A stretch of 64,000 nucleotides of DNA from an uncultured Planctomycetaceae bacterium (GTDB lineage: Bacteria; Planctomycetota; Planctomycetia; Planctomycetales; Planctomycetaceae): the NCBI GenBank assembly GCA_963815195.1, contig CAWFGE010000015.1:672001-736000 (forward strand), read 5' to 3'. The position numbers were made by a program, and so were the translations under genes. Under the pieces are notes generated by a model. That model searched no databases. It saw nothing but the letters and a program-made list of their open reading frames with translations, and was not told the origin of the DNA. Below are positions 60,973 to 64,000 of the stretch, piece after piece (position 1 is the stretch's first letter; every line of letters starts with the position of its first letter).

Positions 60973-62436
60973 TCAATCCGCTGTTTGCAACCGCCCGGCG
61001 ACGGCGTCCATCGTCGGGCGGTCGGCGGCTTCGCTGGCGAGCATTTCGGCGAGCAGCGGCCGGAACGGGGCGGGCGCTTGGGCGGACAATTCCTCCGCGA
61101 GCGCCTCGCTTTGCAAGTGCACTAAGAGTTGGATGACATTGTTTTCCACAAGCGCCCGCCGCCCGGTGAGCATTTCAAACACAATCAGGCCCAGGGAGAA
61201 CACGTCGCTTTCCGGCGATGCGGCTCCGCCCGTGGCTTGTTCGGGGGACATATAGGCCGGCGTTCCGGTGAGTCCCAAGGCGTTCGGGTCGTTCTCCAAT
61301 AATGTGTCTTCCACATTGAAGGGATATTGATCAATCGTGGTGGTGCGGTTGTCCTCGTACGCGAGTTCGCTTGTTTCAGGCATGGCGGGACCGGTCGCGG
61401 CGCGGTAGGTGCGGGCCAGGCCGAAATCCAGAATCTTGACAAGATCGTTGGGCAGGACGATCACATTGGCCGGCTTCAAATCGCCGTGCACGATATTTTG
61501 CTGATGGGCCGCCGCCATTCCAGAAGCGATCTGGCCCGCGAGCGAACCCACCCGTTTGGCCGGGAGAGGCTGTTTTAGAACTTCGGTCAAATGCTGGCCG
61601 GAGAGCAATTCCATCGCGATGGAGGGCACGCCGTCTTCCTCGTCGACCGAATACACGGTGCAGATGTTGGGATGCGACAGGCGGGCCGCGGACCGGGCTT
61701 CGGCAAGCACGGCTTCGCGGGAGGTGGCGAGTTGGCGTTTGAGGATCTTGATCGCCACGTCGCGTTCGAGCCGCAGGTCCCACGCCGCGAACACGCTCCC
61801 GAACGTGCCGTCGCCGATCCGCCGGCGAATCCGGTAATGCCCCAGCACCTGGCCGGGTTTGAGGACGGCTTCGGGGTCGAGCGTGCCGTCGGCATTGGTC
61901 CACGAAGCCGGGCATAGCCCGCCGGTTTGGAGGGCATCGAGCACGCGGAGCACTTCGGAAGGACTGCGGCCCACGTTCAAGTTGTGGATCACCGCATATT
62001 GCAACACGCCGGCCGGGTCGATCACGAACAGGCCCCGCAGCGCCACCTGTTTGTCGCCGTCCCAAACGCCGAACGCCCGCGCCGCCTGGCCTTTGGGGTC
62101 CGACGCCAACGGGAATTGCAGCGGTCCCAACCCGCCTTCGTCGCGAGGCGTCTCCAGCCATTCCCGGTGCAGGGAAAGCGAATCCACGCTCACGCCCAGA
62201 ATCTGGCAGCCGCGTTTTTGAAAGTCCACGTATTGAGCGCTGAAGGCCACGAGTTCGGTCGGGCACACGAAGGAGAAATCGCGGGGATAAAACAGGAGGA
62301 TCACCCAGTCCCCGGCGAAATCGGACAGCCGGACCGTGCGCGGGCTGGGACTTTTCCAATCGACGCATTCCAGCCCAAAATCCGGTGCCTGATGATTGAC
62401 CACTCCCGCCACCGCCTGTCTCCCCGTGTCCGCCAA
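60973..62436 (-). CDS. 2-Cys peroxiredoxin (AhpC) - Ser/Thr protein kinase fusion
   Basis: FYPRDFSFVCPTE and LCPASW, in frame with GDGTFGSV, VAIK, HGDLKPAN, DFGLA, GTPAYMSPEQ, SDVFSLG. Confidence 0.93.
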   Translation of the reverse strand: MADTGRQAVAGVVNHQAPDFGLECVDWKSPSPRTVRLSDFAGDWVILLFYPRDFSFVCPTELVAFSAQYVDFQKRGCQILGVSVDSLSLHREWLETPRDEGGLGPLQFPLASDPKGQAARAFGVWDGDKQVALRGLFVIDPAGVLQYAVIHNLNVGRSPSEVLRVLDALQTGGLCPASWTNADGTLDPEAVLKPGQVLGHYRIRRRIGDGTFGSVFAAWDLRLERDVAIKILKRQLATSREAVLAEARSAARLSHPNICTVYSVDEEDGVPSIAMELLSGQHLTEVLKQPLPAKRVGSLAGQIASGMAAAHQQNIVHGDLKPANVIVLPNDLVKILDFGLARTYRAATGPAMPETSELAYEDNRTTTIDQYPFNVEDTLLENDPNALGLTGTPAYMSPEQATGGAASPESDVFSLGLIVFEMLTGRRALVENNVIQLLVHLQSEALAEELSAQAPAPFRPLLAEMLASEAADRPTMDAVAGRLQTAD

Positions 62437-62650
62437 ATGTTAAAAAGGTCCGGCTCCCGGATTTTTCCGTCACTCGATTTTAGCGAGTTTCCGGCCGCGG
62501 TACAGATGTTGGGATCGCAGAATCAGGGCAGAATCTTGAAAGCCAGGGTAAACCGTATCATTCCTTCGCCCGAAGCGCAAATTTAGAAGTTGCGACTTTT
62601 AGCTGCGAAGCGGCGGCTGCAGATCGCCTTGGGCAGTAAGCCCAAGGATC

Positions 62651-63089
62651 TCAACCGAAGCGGATCGACCACAGGGTAAGGAGCACCAAAGGCACGTGCA
62701 GCGAGACGATGAGCCAGAACACGATCTGAAATTTGAGCTTTTGCGTCTTGTGCCGAAATGTCCGCTGGCCGATGAGTCCGCCCGGCCACCCGCCGAGAAA
62801 CGCGAGCCATTGCAGCGTGGCTTCGGAAATCCGCCAGCGGTCCAGGGCGGCCCGGCGTTTGTCCAATCCGTACGCCGTAAAACACAGCACGCTTCCCAAT
62901 ACCGTCGCTCCCAAATACAACCCGACCAGCCAAGGGCAACTCAGCGAATCCCAGCCGACGAGCCACACAAAAGAGCAGCGTCGCTACCGTCAGCCAGCCC
63001 GCGCTCCCCCACAAAACCCAGCGGCCGATCTTCCGCCGCCAGGCCTTCGGCAACGCCGCGTCTTTCGAGATCACAATATCCTGCGCCAT
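62651..63089 (-). CDS. DUF1294 family membrane protein (frameshift near 62970)
   Basis: AYGLDKRRA..WRISEATL..LGGWPG..FRHKTQK. Confidence 0.85.
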
Positions 63090-63192
63090 CAGCGGAGCCC
63101 CGTCTCCGAAGCGTAAGTGTCAATTGCTTAAACATCCCATTGTCGGGATTTTTCCCCGAAAGTCGAGTGCGTTTCGGATTCTGAAACGATTT

Positions 63193-63309
63193 AGAGCCGC
63201 GCACGAAGTCAGCGGATTGAATCGTGGATCCCGCTTACTGCGTGCGCGGCTCTTTTCTTCGTTTCGGATCCCGCTTACTGCGTGCGCGGCTCTTTTCTTC
63301 GTTTCGGAT
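63193..63309. repeat. REP-like element (family A) with exact 40-bp tandem duplication
   Basis: agagccgcgcacgaagtcagcgg followed by two copies of ggatcccgcttactgcgtgcgcggctcttttcttcgtttc (63226-63265 and 63266-63305). Confidence 0.88.
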
Positions 63310-63318
63310 TTCGGGTTT

Positions 63319-64000
63319 TCACGACCGGCGGTTGTTCAAGCGTTGGCGGTAATACTTCAGTCCGGGCAGGAAGAAGCACAGCGCGGAGACGATGCCGAAC
63401 AGCGTCAGGCTCAAATTGGGGATGCCGTATTTTCGCGAGAGCATCGGAAACAGCGCCATCGGCAGCGCGGTGAGGAACAACGCAACGGCCTGAAAATAAA
63501 ACATGCCCGAGAGGATGCCCGCTTTCACCAGGAACACCATCCCGGAAATCAACCCCAGGACAGGCGAGAGTTCGAGCACCGGGAGGCCGAGGATCCATTC
63601 CACGAAATAAAGCCCGGTGTCCGCAACCATGCTCGCCGCCCAGACGTGGGCGATTTGGCGTTCGACAAAGGTAATTGGGCCGGACCGCCGGCGGAGGTTC
63701 CAGAAGATCGCCGCCCAAATCCCCAACCCGACGCACCACAGGCCCATGTAAGGCAGCCGCGATTCGATGTCCCGCAGTTCCATCCAATTCGTCACGATGG
63801 AGAGCCCCAACAGCACGAGGGCGTGCCACATCCATAATAGGCCCCAATTTTCGAGGACGCCCGCGTGATGCGTCTCGCGAAAGGCCCGGCTGAGAATTTG
63901 CGAAAACTGCGACGACCGCACCGAAGGCGTTTCGTGATTCTGCACCGCCCGCAGGTCCGCTTCCAAATCCGCCGCCGACGCGTACCGCAAGTCCGCCGGC
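63319..64000 (-). CDS. C-terminal part of a probable Ser/Thr kinase with multi-TM membrane domain (begins beyond window end)
   Basis: PADLRYASAADLEADL resembles kinase subdomain XI; about six hydrophobic helices follow. Confidence 0.65.
   Translation of the reverse strand, partial: PADLRYASAADLEADLRAVQNHETPSVRSSQFSQILSRAFRETHHAGVLENWGLLWMWHALVLLGLSIVTNWMELRDIESRLPYMGLWCVGLGIWAAIFWNLRRRSGPITFVERQIAHVWAASMVADTGLYFVEWILGLPVLELSPVLGLISGMVFLVKAGILSGMFYFQAVALFLTALPMALFPMLSRKYGIPNLSLTLFGIVSALCFFLPGLKYYRQRLNNRRS

Noticed and set aside
63226..63305. Possible CRISPR array
   Set aside because: Two abutting 40-bp copies with no spacers and no cas genes; it is a REP arm duplication.

Overview
GC-rich bacterial DNA with gene families typical of Planctomycetota: a TIGR02996 protein, a DUF1549/DUF1553 + DUF1501 + WD40 cluster, LEPRxLL-leader extracellular proteins, sulfatase and Ser/Thr kinases. 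Housekeeping genes (rnhA, infA, folK, epmB, glmU-like, a phosphomutase, leuB, rpmA) are mixed with accessory loci. About a dozen genes, some of them housekeeping, carry isolated 1-nt frameshifts, which most likely reflects indel errors in the assembly. The top candidate for an undescribed system is an operon of three tandem, divergent ClpA/B-type double-AAA+ ATPases (41.8-50.8 kb). Their N-termini look HicB-like rather than Clp_N, their first ATPase ring is degenerate, and they keep IGF-type loops. Two of them end in a region resembling class-I peptide release factor domains 2/4 without the GGQ domain. Other notable items: a peroxiredoxin-Ser/Thr kinase fusion; a divergent surface locus (beta-barrel protein, metalloprotease/double-GlcG heme-binding fusion, His-rich protein); two paralogous secreted G/Y/N-rich proteins, one missed by the ORF track; a patchwork of kinase gene fragments; and several families of REP-like palindromes. 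No rRNA, tRNA or CRISPR array was seen. All family assignments come from motif recognition by eye, not database searches.
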